Source: Octopus vulgaris (lineage: Eukaryota). Taken from it: a DNA stretch of 64,000 nucleotides. Position 1 is the stretch's first letter, and every line of letters begins with the position of its first letter. The DNA is taken from contig OX597836.1 of assembly GCA_951406725.2 (NCBI GenBank), positions 24,118,001 through 24,182,000 of the forward strand. Reading direction: 5' to 3'. The notes below the pieces were generated by a model that saw only the letters and a list, made by a program, of their open reading frames with translations, made no database searches and had not been told where the DNA came from. Shown here in pieces: positions 1-13,484 of the stretch. The translations under genes were made by a program, and so were the position numbers.

Positions 1-661
1 ACCAAAAGTTAAACCAAAGGAAAGAGAAATGGTTATGCAGATACCCGAATGACATTCCAACGGTCATGCATACCAAGTTCTCAGCTATTGTGATGGTTCA
101 GGTAGTCGTAAGCAACGGGGGAGATGTCCTGCCTCCTCAATTCTTTCACAGGGTTTAAGAGTCAATGCCGCTGTCCACACAGAGGTGTTGGAGAAAGTTG
201 TGAGGCCTCCTGAATAGACAGAGTCTTCTAACAAAACTCCGCGCAGTCTTATGAGGCCAGGATAACCTAAATGTGAATGTGAACCAATCTCCATGATCAT
301 GTTCTCCTAGACATATGCCTCCCTAGCTAACCAGACCTCAATCCGCTAGACTATTATGTATGGGTCGCAGTCAAGAGAGAGGTCAATTAAGATCCTATAG
401 CACCATACAATCTCTTAAGTCCTCCATAACCAGAATTATGCCCAGAATTAATAAAGATCCTCTGATTAGGGCATGTCAAGGCTTTCGACCCCGTATTGAA
501 TCAGCCATTGACGAGAATAGTGCATTCATTGAATAGGTGTGATAAAACTATTCTCAAAATAATTCGAACCCATTTGTTTACAAATACATCTTTTCTTTGA
601 TGAGCTATGCGTCTTTGTCTAAATTCGTACAAATGACCTAAAAAAAAACCGATGCACCCTG
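1..661 (+). mobile_element. Decayed Tc1/mariner-superfamily (maT-like) transposon, 3' part
   Basis: Degenerate transposase (MHTKFSAIVMV...GDVLPP...GLRVNA...PDLNPLDYYVW). Ends in TIR-like CACCCTG followed by TA. Confidence 0.75.
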
Positions 662-667
662 TATATG

Positions 668-805
668 CAACAGGTACCTTTCAGTTTCCGTCAACCAAAT
701 TCACCCACAAGGCCGCCTGAGGGGCCATATCAGAAGATACTTGCCCAAGGTTCCAACGTGGAACTATTGATAGAAAAGCTCACTTCTTATCACACAGCCT
801 TATGC
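668..805 (-). mobile_element. SINE family B head (very degenerate)
   Basis: Plus strand CTTTCAGTTTCCGTC.ACCAAATTCAC...ACTTGCCCAAGG...CTTATCACACAGCC. Confidence 0.65.
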
Positions 806-1061
806 GCGCACTCACACACATGTAAAACCGTTTAAGAATTAAAGAAAGGACAGTAGATAACTTTACATGGTTGGCGTAGGCTAAAGGTGACTTCGATATT
901 GTTTTAGTGTACATATCGGTGTTTTGCTTGACTTTAGCTATTTGTACATGCACAAGATATCAATTCTGAGTTGATATCGATATGAATAAAGGCCCTTGTA
1001 TACACACATACACTGACACATATATATATGTAAATCCATACCAATATACATACATATATAT

Positions 1062-1305
1062 ATACGGTGGTGAAGTCTCCTGTTGTGGACGACAGGTTGT
1101 TGTTCTGCTATTTCTTGCCGAACAAACTGTACGGTGTATTTCTTTATAGCGATTAAATGCTTGTGCCGTACCCTTAATGCCTCCAAGAAATCGACATAGC
1201 TTGTACAGGTGCACTTCTAATGTCAAGGTATCGCAGAGCAAAATGAAATTAAGGAGTTGTATAGCAGCGGGTTCGCCAATCGAAAACACAACCTTTCCAA
1301 TGCAT
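1062..1305 (-). mobile_element. Probable degenerate 3' end of a related RTE-like LINE
   Basis: Tail CAACAGGAGACTTCACCACCG-(TA)n resembles the 41128 tail CAGAAGGAGTAGACAACCACCA-(TA)n; YKLCRFLGGIKG resembles a decayed finger. Confidence 0.4.
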
Positions 1306-2437
1306 GTATGTAAAATGCAAGTATGTATGCATATATGTGTATATCTATTCACACAAATATATTTATATGTGTGGGTAGGCGGGTTTAGTGTCCGGTAACT
1401 AGAACTTCTGTAATTTCATCTCAATAGACTGACACAGCAAACCACTGTATCGTCGGCAAATTCATCGTCATACCAAATACAAATCGGTAAATTTATCATC
1501 TTGTTTTTTTTTTATCACCTCAATAAATATATTTTTCATTAACAATGAAAAAGAAATATTTTCCTGCCTTCGTTCACATATAACATAGTCGAGAGCCATT
1601 TACATGAGCTTGAATTTTCTTCTTTCTCGTTATAACTGTCGAAAACATAAATCTGATTGTTCTACTGTTACAAGTCTACATACGTACCAAAAAGAAGAAA
1701 TTATTAAATGGTGAAACATTATGTCCTTCTCTTCATTTCCAAATAGTCATAAAAATTTCACCTTCTATGTGTATAAAAAACTAAGAAAATTAGAATTGTA
1801 CTGGTTTACTATAAAACATCAATGTACTTGTAATTCATATGTATTTAATTCAACCTAATGAAGCAATAACGACAATAAAAGTCACACAAAAAAGAACATA
1901 GTTTCTAACTAACAATCCAAAAAAGAAAAATCGAAGACAAAATCTTTAGATTTACTTAATACATACACAAAAACAAAGTTACCTTGGTTTGAATATATGC
2001 AGTAAAAAGTTAACAGCGTTCTAAATTGATGGAAGAAGCAAACATTCAAGAAAGGCAAAATATAAGCAATGCCTCTTCAATAATCTAGTATTTCGTGATT
2101 TTCGTTATACATTTACGACTTGTTCAATTCTTGTTGCACTATTTTATACCTTTTCGTTACATGGAATGTCTGCACCGGAGAAAATTAATTTTTTACTTTG
2201 TTTCTTGATTGTTTCTAAAAATTTCCAAATATAAAACTTTTGGCGTTGAATATCTTTATCATTGTGAGTGAAATACAACGCATTCTGGCCGCGAATAAAA
2301 CCTCTAGATGTTTATTCTGCGGATATACAGGGTGGCAATGAATCCACTCAGGATGTATTTTGGCATAACGTTGTATTTACCATGATGGTGATATATTTAC
2401 AGTGATGGAACTAGTCGCGACAAATTCACAACTAACT

Positions 2438-2498
<61 letters not shown>

Positions 2499-2499
<1 letters not shown>

Positions 2500-2825
2500 T
2501 TCAGCAAAAATTTAGATTCAAATGAATATGGTAATTGATTTAGATGCACCAGAATTCTGTATGGTGTTATCCATATAAATCGTGGGGTGATTACAATCAA
2601 AATAAGCAACAAGAATGACTCCGGTAATTTCGTAAGATTGTTTCGTACTACATCATTTTATTAAATGTTGTAAGTATTTTTGTATTAATGGAAAACCTCT
2701 ATAATTGGCTGATGAGTGCTCAGCATTTTAAAACTGTTGTAATATTTACAACATTTAATAAAATGATGTAGTAGGAAACGATCGTACCAAATTACCGGAG
2801 TCATTCTTGTTGCTTATTTTGAGTG
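2499..2825. mobile_element. Penelope-like (pLTR/retrozyme-like) relic with head-to-head inverted duplication
   Basis: 77-bp inverted arms at 2597-2673 and 2746-2822 (4 mismatches). Contains a hammerhead motif, has (AT)n on both sides, and its tail is homologous to 42871-43066. Confidence 0.6.
2702..2794 (+). ncRNA. Type I hammerhead ribozyme motif (G/G mismatch at base of stem II)
   Basis: Stem I TAATTGG/CCAAATTA; CTGATGA at 2709-2715; long stem II; GAAA at 2775-2778; palindrome ACGATCGT; GTA triplet at 2784-2786. Confidence 0.75.
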
Positions 2826-3366
2826 TATATATATATATATATATATATACATACATATTTAAATGTGTGCTACTATTAGTTTCTCGGGCGCACACGCACA
2901 CAAACACATACACACACACACAGCCACACAACCCGAAGATCAAGAAAAAAGTACTCCGTCCGGTGAGAGATAAATATTGCTTAATGCACACACTAAAAAG
3001 TTATGAGATACCAATAGTTTCGTACACTGGAGATGTCTGACGGGTTTAATGACATGTCTAGAACAAGAGAAATCACGAGAAAATACGAGAGGAAGGTGGA
3101 TACAAAAAATGACTGTAAATGGCGTGGAGTTGATCTTCAAGTCCCATGCGTAGCTTGCCAACTTAGCAGATTTATTTTGTTCATGTGGCGGAATGAAGAA
3201 ATGTGGTTAGCATAGGATCTTTTGACGTCGCCTTCGTGAAACCCTATGTAATTCTTCATTTCGGTTAAGCTATCATGTAATGCTGTTGTGACTCCTGTCT
3301 CATATACGACGAAGTTTATAATGCAGACCTGGTCAAGTGGGCAAGCCCCAGGGTTTCGACAGATAC

Positions 3367-3602
3367 CTATTTATTTATTACCCACAAGGGGCTAAACATA
3401 GAGTGGACAAACAAGGACAGACATAGGTATTAAGTCGATTACATCGACCCCAGTGCGTAACTGGTACTTATTTAATCGACCCCGAAAGGATGAAAGGCAA
3501 AGTTGACCTCGGCGGAATTTGAACTCAAAACGCAACGGCAGACGAAATACGGCTACGCATTTCGCCCGGCGTGCTAACGGTTCTGCCAGCTGGCCGCCTT
3601 GA
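3367..3602 (-). mobile_element. tRNA-derived SINE family A, young copy
   Basis: A/B boxes (TGGCAGAACCG; GAGTTCAAATTCC); central GCCTTTCATCCTTTCGGGGTCGAT domain; 14-bp TSD GTTTCGACAGATAC at 3353-3366 and 3603-3616. Confidence 0.9.
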
Positions 3603-4362
3603 GTTTCGACAGATACGATTGGGAGTGAGTAGGGATGGTGCTTACGAGTAACGATGCTCTTTATACTAGGGCAGTAGCTGTATGATAATTTGATTGCGCG
3701 TCTTGATGTATTTGTAATTTTCTGAAAAATGCTTATCTACGTTTGTTTTAAATTTTAGGGAGAAGGTGGGGTGAACAAAATCATTTCCTTGGGTTTATTT
3801 TTGTGATTCATATTTTTACTTGAAAGGTTGTAATATATCTTTGAAGCTACTGTTAGCTAAGACACTGAGTTGGCTAGTCACCTCCGATGTTTTTGAGGAG
3901 CAATTCCACGCCACATACAATCAAGTGGAAAATTGTAAAAGAAAAATCCATGACATCTAAAAAAAAATGTAAGTTGTGCGTAGCTTAAAGATTGTATGTC
4001 CTTTTTAGATTTAAGAATGTTACCGCATTGGTGGTCAGAAATCCTCAGCGAATGCAATCATTTGGTGAAGTTTCTTTTGGCGAATCGGAGGATTAAGCGG
4101 TTGTATTGCAAATTTTAGACACCTTGCATTGATTCTATACTGACGAGCTTTATGGTTCTTCCTCGTTTCTTTCACCCTCCCACTTCTTGCATCCCTGTTC
4201 ATCTCGTATTTTCTTGTTGTTCTATTGTCTTGATTTGTAACTTGTATTGGCCATATGCTGAGAGGCTGAAGGAGACACCAGAGGTGTTATTAAAATCTGA
4301 CAGACAACATCTCCAATGTATGAAACTGTTAGTAGCTCATACCTATATACTGTATACATTAG

Positions 4363-4437
<75 letters not shown>

Positions 4438-4525
4438 TTACGTACACACACACGCGCGCACACATATATATGTATATATGTATATTATATTCGCACAGAC
4501 ATAAATACATACATACATACATACA

Positions 4526-4579
<54 letters not shown>

Positions 4580-4581
4580 AA

Positions 4582-5822
4582 CAGAGTGTCCCCACGTAGT
4601 GTATATACACTTTAGCAGCTGATTGCTCATTATTTTTTCATCTTAGAATAATGAAGACAGTTAGACGAAGATATGGACACACGAAATTTGGCTAAAGTGT
4701 TACTGAAATTTTGGAAACTAAGTGGAAGTGCAAAGACAGTTTAGAATTGAGTTTCAAAACAGTCCACCTACGCGACTAACCATCACTCGGATTAGAGATA
4801 AATTAGAAGCGGGTGGAACTTTTCAGAATGTTCACAAGAAAGGCTCCAGAAGACTGCGGACATCGACGAGTGCTACAAACCCAAAAAGCTTATTAGAAAC
4901 TTTTTGCCAGAGTTTAAGAAATCTGAGCGATAAGCGAGAAGTAAAATAGGAATTTAAAAATGAAGCGTCCCTCGCATGTTAAAGCGCTATCATTGGAATA
5001 ATTACATTCCAAGAATAGTTCATACTGTCAACGAAGATGATCTGCACCGAAGGGTGATAGTTTGCGATTGGTATTGGCAAGATGCGCAAACGATACACGT
5101 ATTCCAACAAAGATTGTTAGGAATGAGGAGGGGGACATTTAAATAAATGGCTCAGTTAACCGCCACAATAGCATGTACAGAGAGACCGAGAATCCGCATA
5201 TCACGGATTTACATCATGTTAACTCTACAGGTTTTGAAGTATAGGGAATATTATTATCAAAAGAATTCATTGGACCGTTCTGTTTTGATGGTAATGTGTC
5301 TGATCCCATTTACTTAAACTTGATGCAATAAGTTGACATGCCAAAGCTTTCAAGAGGACTTGGAAGATGTGGAGTTTTATTTCCAGCAAGATGTTTCACA
5401 TCCACACTACCATAATAATGTAAAATCCTACGTTGATAAGATTTTGGCAAACACGAGTATTGGACTGAGAAGTTGAGTAAAACACTGTCTGTCTTCACCG
5501 GACCTCATACCACTCGACTTTTTACATGAAGATATTTCAAAGATAAAGTTTACGGTACAGAATTGACAGCAGCCATTGTACAAGAATGCATACAAATACA
5601 CTTAATGTTTCTTGATGTTTGCGATTCCATTGGTTCACCTTATCGGCAGTGCCTGGAACAGAAAGTGATTCAGTTTCAAAACAATCGTTCATAAAAAAAG
5701 ATTAAATTCTCTATGTAGATTCTGTTCAATTTTGAAGATGAAATGTATTTTTAACAAACACTGACTTTATAATCATTCAATGTGTAAATGTGTGTGAGTG
5801 TACATTTTTTTGTGACATCCTC
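4582..5822 (+). mobile_element. Decayed Tc1/mariner-superfamily element with DUF4817-like HTH N-terminus
   Basis: EVQRQFRIEFQNSPPTRLTITRIRDKLEAGGT HTH; remnants TFK*NGSVNRHN, FYFQQD and SPDLIPLDF; degenerate TIRs. Confidence 0.75.
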
Positions 5823-5893
5823 TATACATACGATTACACATACATACCTACATACATATATATATATATATACATACATGCATACATACATGC

Positions 5894-5924
<31 letters not shown>

Positions 5925-6297
5925 CATACATATATATATGCGTGTTGTGTACGTGTGTACGTATGTGTGTATATGTATATATAGCCATACATGCATATAT
6001 TTATGCGTTATGTATGTATGTATGTGTGTATGTCCATATATATACAGGTATATCAAAAATGTTCAAAAGAACGTTTATAAAAAAGAAACGTTTGAATTTA
6101 CAATTTTAAAGACTATGACAGCATTAAAACACTAGGAGATTTTGTATATTATAGTTTCAATTGATTTTTTTTTGTTTTTTTGTAAGTGTCTGTCTCGTCT
6201 TGTTTTGTTTCTATAAACCTCCTCATCATTTATAATTACGTCTTTAAGTGTCTTTACATTCAGTCCCCAACTTAAAATATACAAATGTTTTATATAT

Positions 6298-6355
6298 GTG
6301 TGTGTGTGTGTACATGTGAGTGTGCGCGCGCGCGTGTGTGTATGTGTGTGCGTGC

Positions 6356-6438
<83 letters not shown>
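6298..6438. repeat. (GT)n microsatellite; a similar tract lies at 15213-15310
   Basis: Direct reading. Confidence 0.95.
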
Positions 6439-6439
<1 letters not shown>

Positions 6440-6564
6440 ATGTATATACGAGATAAGACGAAACAGTAAGTTTCGATGACACTTTCGCATTATCTTTGTG
6501 ATTTCGAGAGAAACCATCATCACAGCCAGTCTTCTGTCTGTCTACATCTAAAAAACATTTTCAG

Positions 6565-6570
6565 TTTTAT
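6565..6570 (-). terminator. Candidate Wnt6 polyadenylation signal AATAAA
   Basis: AATAAA on the minus strand about 370 nt after the stop codon. The AT-rich context makes this weak. Confidence 0.25.
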
Positions 6571-6935
6571 TTTGTTGGTATTTTATAGTCAATCGGGTTT
6601 TTTTTCCTTTATACAAGCAATGAAATTAATATGTATTGTGTTTGATATGTTCAATTACTCATTTTAAATAAGTGACAAGAATAACCATAACAACCTCATC
6701 TTTAGCTTCCTATTAATTTTCGATTGAAAATAGATGCCAAATGCAATTCAGTTTATGCTTCAATTTAGGATATTTTCTGAAATAAATGTTAGAAAAATAA
6801 CTCTATTTTTCAATTGATTCGATTAAATGTTCTAAATCTTTTAATATATCTTCTTAATAGCGCATCAATGAGTCATATGACGTTACTCCTCCGTAGCTTT
6901 GACTCCTGTTTCACTGATATGCTCAGTGAACGATG

Positions 6936-7397
6936 TCATAAACAAGTGTAAATAGTCTTATTATTAACACATCTCTGGCACACAACATCACAGCACCAAA
7001 TAAATCTACATTTACAGTTTTCAGTTACTACTTGGTAACCTCTTTTGTAACCGCGCTTACAGCACAAAAGGTCACAGCCTCCGACATCTTTGGAGTACAA
7101 GTCACATGTGCGACCTTTGGTTCCCAAAGAACCAGCCTTTCGACTCGGTCTACAAAAATCAGGCGAATTTTCAGAATAAATAAGATCTGTAGCACTTGGT
7201 TTCTTTATGGTGTCTCCTTCAGGAATTACGTGCTGTCCATCATTTGAAATTATCACTTTCGAAGCGCCTTTAAACTTTTCTTTTAATCGATTTCCAACAT
7301 GCCTGAATAATGGCATTTTCTGCCAACATGTTTGTAATGTGCAAGATCCAGACAATCCGTGACATTTGCAGACTCTCCTCATATGGTTCTTCACAGC
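6936..7397 (-). CDS. Wnt6: Wnt6 terminal coding exon (462 bp including TGA)
   Basis: Encodes AVKNHMRRVCKCHGLSGSCTLQTCW (Porcupine acylation motif) ...SPDFC...GTKGRTC...LLCCKRG...CKCRFIWCCDVVC...YTCL*. Acceptor tgtAG at 7399-7398, phase 0. Confidence 0.96.
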   Translation of the reverse strand, partial: AVKNHMRRVCKCHGLSGSCTLQTCWQKMPLFRHVGNRLKEKFKGASKVIISNDGQHVIPEGDTIKKPSATDLIYSENSPDFCRPSRKAGSLGTKGRTCDLYSKDVGGCDLLCCKRGYKRGYQVVTENCKCRFIWCCDVVCQRCVNNKTIYTCL

Positions 7398-8874
7398 CTA
7401 CAATATAGAAAAATTGTAAATTATTTTAAGGATGTAAAAATTTAGTTATTATTTATTAACAACTATATTTGAAAAGATTTTTATGATTTTGCAAATACAT
7501 TTACCTGTTTTGTTTTGTTTTTTACAATATATATAAGTGAAAACGATGAAAGGCGAACTGAAACCGGTTCGTGAGTTTTATTAGCCTTGTCTTTATTAAA
7601 TCATAAATGACAATTACAGACGTAGCAGTTATACGTTAAGCTGGAACTGTCTACAAATACTAATTTTTTCCTTAACTAAGACATCATAAAAGCTATATTT
7701 GCACTGCACACTAACAACAAGAGAGATATTGGACTTCTGTCGCTTCAAATCAACCAATCAGTTTAGACATACAAAATGGAAATTTTGGAATACGCTAGAG
7801 GTTTAGTATAGAAAATAAAATTGAATCATGCCACTATCAGTTTCATTCCAACTTAAAATTTTCTGACCTCAGTTTTTCGTTTGAGTTTGGCTAGTGAAAT
7901 AATCAAAATTGACCAGAGTTTTGAATACTTTAGTATATATCTAACTTTGAACATCAATACATACATTGATTTGAAATCCTGGTCTTGTTGATACTGCATT
8001 TGGTGTCAATAAAGCATATATTAATAACATAAAAAGAACTTTTGAGTTGACTGTGCCCGTGTCCACTAAATATAAATATGTGCCTTTTTACGTAATACAT
8101 AATATGTAAAAAAAAATGACACGAGCTTCAATTTGCAAACGGAATTGAAAACGCATGTGAGGTGAAAATTGTTATACAGAACTTAGAAATCCTTGTAGTA
8201 TATTCGGCTCTAAGAAGCAAACAATGGGGCAATACTTCATTTGGCATTTGCATTTTAACTGAATGTAACTAGTTAGTTGAAATTATAGCTATTACTGTCT
8301 ATGTAGCAACTTGTTACATTTACACAGTAAAATATACGCATATCAGACATATAAGTTTTGATTATTTCCCATACAGAATATATATTTCTCAAATAAGTTC
8401 ACAGTCAAATGCTTAAATAGACAAAGATTAATCAAAGAACCCAATATAAGTTACATCAAAATGTCAGGCAGAGTTCAGTTTGCATACCCTATTACTCCAA
8501 TGTAAAAATAAGTCATATTTTCCTCGACATTTCCAAATTTCTAGTAGTTATTATTATGACTTTACTGTAATATGAGACTCGGCCTTTGTGCAGCATTTCT
8601 GCTACTAGGATTTGTCGATTACTTTGCTTATGTCTTCAGTTGTTGTTAAGCGTCATCGGATTGTAAAGTCAGATCCTGCATTCATCAGAATCTGATGAAA
8701 TTATTGCAAGTAAGGGTCACCAATAATTCCAAACGCTCAGTTTGACTCATATGATTAACCAAATATTCTACTATTGCCGCTTGGATTTTAGGAGTCGGCT
8801 GCGCTACAATGTTTCTCACTTTGATCGTAGTAATTTCATTTCTTACACATATCAATTCCTTTTAAATGGTGCAT

Positions 8875-9112
8875 AGCTCAGTGGCTAGAGCGGTTCACTC
8901 CGCTGAAGAAAGGTGTTGCGACGTAACTAGTCCCAAGTTGTATCGGCCCCTTTGCCTTTCCTATGGATAACATCAATGGCGTGGAGAGGGGAGACTGGTA
9001 TATATGGGCGACTGTTGGTCTTCCATAAAACAACCTTGCCCAGACTTGTACCTCGGAAGGCAACTTTCTAGGTACAATCCCATGGTCAGTCATGACCGAA
9101 GGGGTCTTTATT
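8875..9112 (+). mobile_element. Probable SINE fragment
   Basis: GC-richer island starting with A-box-like TAGCTCAGTGG and ending CCCATGGTCAGTCATGACCGAAGGGG. Single copy in this window. Confidence 0.5.
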
Positions 9113-11781
9113 CTTTACTCATTTTCAAAAATATGAATGTCAATGAATCTCATTTCTCCTCTCTTTAAATATATTGCGCATGTAAGTTTTTTTTTTCTAT
9201 TTCGTATAATAGTGCAGGTGACACAGTAGGATTATATTACATTTTGGCCGTTTGCTAAGATTTGCCTTATTCAGACTGAAAGTATCCTTTTGTTGTAAAT
9301 TTTCTTATATAAGTTCATTCCTTACTAACAACGCTATCTACAAAGTCTCTTCGTGAGAGCGTGAGAATGTGGCTTGATTAATTTTACTTGATTGGCTGTA
9401 TGTTTTGTTTTCATTTAGTTAGAAAACCATTCATCGATAAATAAGAGTTAGTGTAAATTGATATATTATCACGTAATCATGAACATCTGCAACAGCGTGA
9501 GTATACTGAAGGAGTAAAAACCAAAACTAATACTAGTCCACCATTCCAGCTCTGTTGCACTCTCCATTGCTAATTATATCTATATTAGTTTCTTTCTTTT
9601 CCATGTCTCTGTAACTTTTATATAGAATTTTAAACAATGCAGACTTAATTATTTAATTATTTAACAAATACTTGCAATCTATAATAAACGTAAAATAATA
9701 TTCATTTTAGAACACACACTGCATATTATCCTCGTTGATTTTGTTTTATCAAACCCTCTGTACATTAATGGCAACCATATAGACGAGAGCTGAATATTAG
9801 TTTTACTGGTTGGATTATTTTCTGTAACTTTACAATGTGACTTTCATTGTCCAATGATAATTTTACTCGGTATTACCGCAGGGTACCCATTTTCCCTATT
9901 CCTAATTCTGTTATTCACTCGCGTAAATCTGAGTATAGCTTTCTTGACAGCCCCGTTATGGTCTAACGAGTCATCTCCGCAAGGAATGTTAGCTTTTCAA
10001 ATACAAAAGAACGTAGATAAAGCTGTTTAGAATTTGGCACTTTAAAAAGACGGCCATAAAAGACTATTGAAGAATAGTTTGAGCAGCTTAAGAAAGTTAA
10101 TTTGTTCAATAATACTGTTCACCCTAATTAATGATTTGAATAATTTAAAAAATGAAAGCAATTATATCATAGTATCGGCATTAAATTTGATTTTATTCAA
10201 TTATGAACAATTTGATTCTGTATGGATTTGATTCTGTATAATTAATGCACAATTAATTAGAGTAAGAAGCGAACTCGGAGTGAAGTTAAAATAAAAGCAC
10301 TAGATACCCAGGAATCAAGAAGTTGGCAACATTTTCATTATAATGATGAAGCAGTAAAAGCAATTCTCACGAAAAAAACATAACTTAAGTAAAATATCAG
10401 CGACTCCAAGTAAATATAAGGAAGTTATGTTAAAGAGACTCTGTAGCTTTAATCATTCACGTGATTTGTACTGCCAAAGGATGAGCTCTAGCTTGTATAA
10501 CCTGATTTTGCCACATACATTCACGTGATTTGTACGGTAAGATGGAAATTAATAACCTGCAGGATTTTCGCAACAGAAACCTAACCATACATTTAATTTC
10601 TTTGCGATACATGAATAACCACCATAAATAATAATGATTATTTGTTCCATGGCGAAGGATTATAGTTAATTGAAATGATCCAAGCAGCTATTTGCTGTTT
10701 ACTTGTTTTTTTGAAAAATGGAAACTTAAACTTAATTTTAGTTCTATTTGAACTCAGAACACTTGGGTAGACTTAAGTCTAATAAAGTACAACTTTCATT
10801 GGAGTTCTACTTCTATTTTACCATCTATTCTGGTAATATAAGCCCAATGCCATAAATTAGTTAATAGGGATGTCTGAATTTGTTTGGAACTTATTTTATT
10901 TCCCTCGGAGTGACGAATCGATTTCGGCAAAATTTGAACTGAGACGTCAATGAATGAATGTAATTACTATAATATGGTGCTGTGCCAGTTCTCTCTACCC
11001 TCGACGTCATAAACATTTTTTTTAATGAACGAATACATATTTAGGGAAAAGGGAATTAGAAACTATGGTGTTCTGTGGTGTTTCTTTAAAAATCTTGTGT
11101 AGTATGGAATAAATGGCTGTAGAATCGAATTAGAACTGTTCATCTTTATTGCAATGTTGATATGTAAAGGTCGAAAGAAGGGATATATCAATAGAAATAA
11201 TTTCGGACGTATATTAGCTTTAATTTAACAGCAGACACTGTGAAAATATTTGTACTTTATATATCATTCAATTTAAAATATATTAAGAATTCCATACAAA
11301 TGAAAGAAATGATTAGCCTAGCAGCATAATATTCGATTCGGGCAGTAGAATCTTCAATTCATTTTCCCATAATCGTATTGTACCAATACGTGACAGAAAA
11401 TACAACCACCAAAATCGTTATGCATTATCTTAGAACTGTGAGCCTTTTTGGTAAGCGTTAGCTTATGAACAAGACAAATTCTCACTTTGCTTCCTCTTAA
11501 AATACTCAGATAACATATCTGTATATTGCATGAATTATTGGTTAATCAGAATTCTTCATTTTTAAAGTGATACTTCATTAATTTACAGTAAATAACTCTC
11601 AGTATACCGAACTTAATTCTGGTGAAAATAGTAAGATTTAACGAATATTTTAACTTGACTTTTATACATCTATAAAAAAACACAGTTGATGATGAAAGAA
11701 AGTTTATTAATTCAAAACTACACAAACTTCCAGGTTATTTGAACTCAATTTTATTTAAAGATAGTGCTTATATAAGCTTTA

Positions 11782-13063
11782 TGAGTGTCGGCTAAAAAGT
11801 TCATAAGTTGACCAAGATACTATCATGGAATGTGACCAGATGAGGTTCATTTCGCAACATAGTCCCCCATTGGTGTTGTAGTGCTTGGATTCCATTGATG
11901 AAGAAGCTTTCATCCTGGTGGTCAAACAATGTCATCAACAGCAGATTTGATGTCATCATCACTGCGATATCTGCTCTCAGTCAAGTGTTTTTCATGTTGG
12001 AGAACAGATGATAGCTATATGAGGCCAAACCAAGACAATAAGGAGAGTGATCAACCAGTTCAAAGCCACAATAACACACAACAGCCATTAAAACCGAGGA
12101 CTTGTGTGATGTGCTAGAGCCTTGTCCTCATGAAACAAGACTCCTTTCGTCAGTTTTCCTGGGCGTTTGGTCTTGGTAGCCCTTCGTAATTGCCCCAGCA
12201 ACTTGGCGTAGTACTCTCCACCGATAGAGTAGCCCTTTTGAAGATGATCAATAAACATAATACTTTTTGCATCCCCCCCAAAAAATAGACCTGAGGCCAT
12301 CGCTTTCCCTGCATATGAAATAATATTGGCCTACTTTGGAGCACGTTAGGAGAGGTATTACCATTGCATGAATTGTCTCTTTGTCTCTGGCTCAAAGTGA
12401 TAAACCCAACACTCATCCTGACTAAGGTAACGTTCAAGGAAACCATTTGGGTTTGCCTGAAATAATATCAGATTTTCGCGTCATGTGATCAGCCTGGTGT
12501 GCTTTTGATTAGATGTCAAAAGATGTGGCACCCATCGAGTAGAAACTTCCACCATGCCAAGTTCATTGTATAGAATATTCTCAACTTTCTCATGGGATCT
12601 CCAATACCATTGAATATTTTATACATATTCAATAGCCTGTCATCCATCACCATATATTAAACACGATCAATGTTTTCCTCGGCGGTGGCAGTTGCAGGAC
12701 GTTCAGACCTTGGATCATCTTCAAGGCTCTCTCTTCCTTCCTAAATTCAACCGCACACATTTGTACTGTTGACAAAGCTGGAGCGTTATCTCCTAATGGA
12801 GCAACTATGTCCGCGTGAACGTCATTGGAGCTAAACCCTTTTACTGCAGGTACTTGATAAAGTTATGATGCCAAATTTTGTCCATTTTCAAGAGAAGTCG
12901 CTACTAGTTTCTGAAGCATTCTTTAAATAGTTAGAGGTCAGTTTACCTGGAAAGAAACAATGAATATTATTAAGAAGAAGAGTTGAAATTGATGCATGCA
13001 AGATTTCACAGCTCTTGCACCACTCCTTCATAGTCAGATTATGAACTTTTCAGCCCACCCACG
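11782..13063 (-). mobile_element. Decayed, near full-length mariner element in Wnt6 intron 3
   Basis: TA-flanked TIRs (TGAGTGTCGGCTAAAAAGTTCATAA / TTATGAACTTTTCAGCCCACCCACG). Peptide ...FIDHLQKGYSIGGEYYAKLL...RPGKLTKGVLFHED, with frameshifts. Confidence 0.85.
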
Positions 13064-13209
13064 TAATTCAAATTTTCATAACATATTGTGTCTAATTGAA
13101 AGATGAGAAATATTATCAATTGTGACTGGGCGAAAGTGGCGCTCTAACACTGAAGATGGAAGAGTTAAAATATGACGATAAATGGCAAAAACGTGTTGTA
13201 TATACTTAC

Positions 13210-13484
13210 TAGTCTACCAGCTTCGTTATTGTGCATACGAATTTTTGTAGTTATATCACACCGCTTCTTTTTCTTCGCGTCCATAAATTCCTTCGACTTG
13301 AGATACCCAAAATTTACGTCATCTCCACATCCTCCCCACGCCCATTTACCGTCTGTTGATTTATCTCTAATATTATTTCGGTCACATGTACATTGAAGAA
13401 GTGCTCCTTCACTGCACGCTTGGGTCACAGAATAAGTTACACCGGCTGCAGTTATGGCGTATACGAAAGCAGTTTCTCGCAAAT
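13210..13484 (-). CDS. Wnt6: Wnt6 coding exon 3 (275 bp)
   Basis: Encodes (D)LRETAFVYAITAAGVTYSVTQACSEG...WAWGGCGDDVNFG...HNNEAGRL. Acceptor ttccAG at 13486-13485; donor GTAAGT from 13209. Phases match both neighbouring exons. Confidence 0.96.

Noticed and set aside
6130-6290. Minus-strand ATGATGAG...GAAAC hammerhead-like spacing
   Set aside because: No convincing stems; too degenerate to call.
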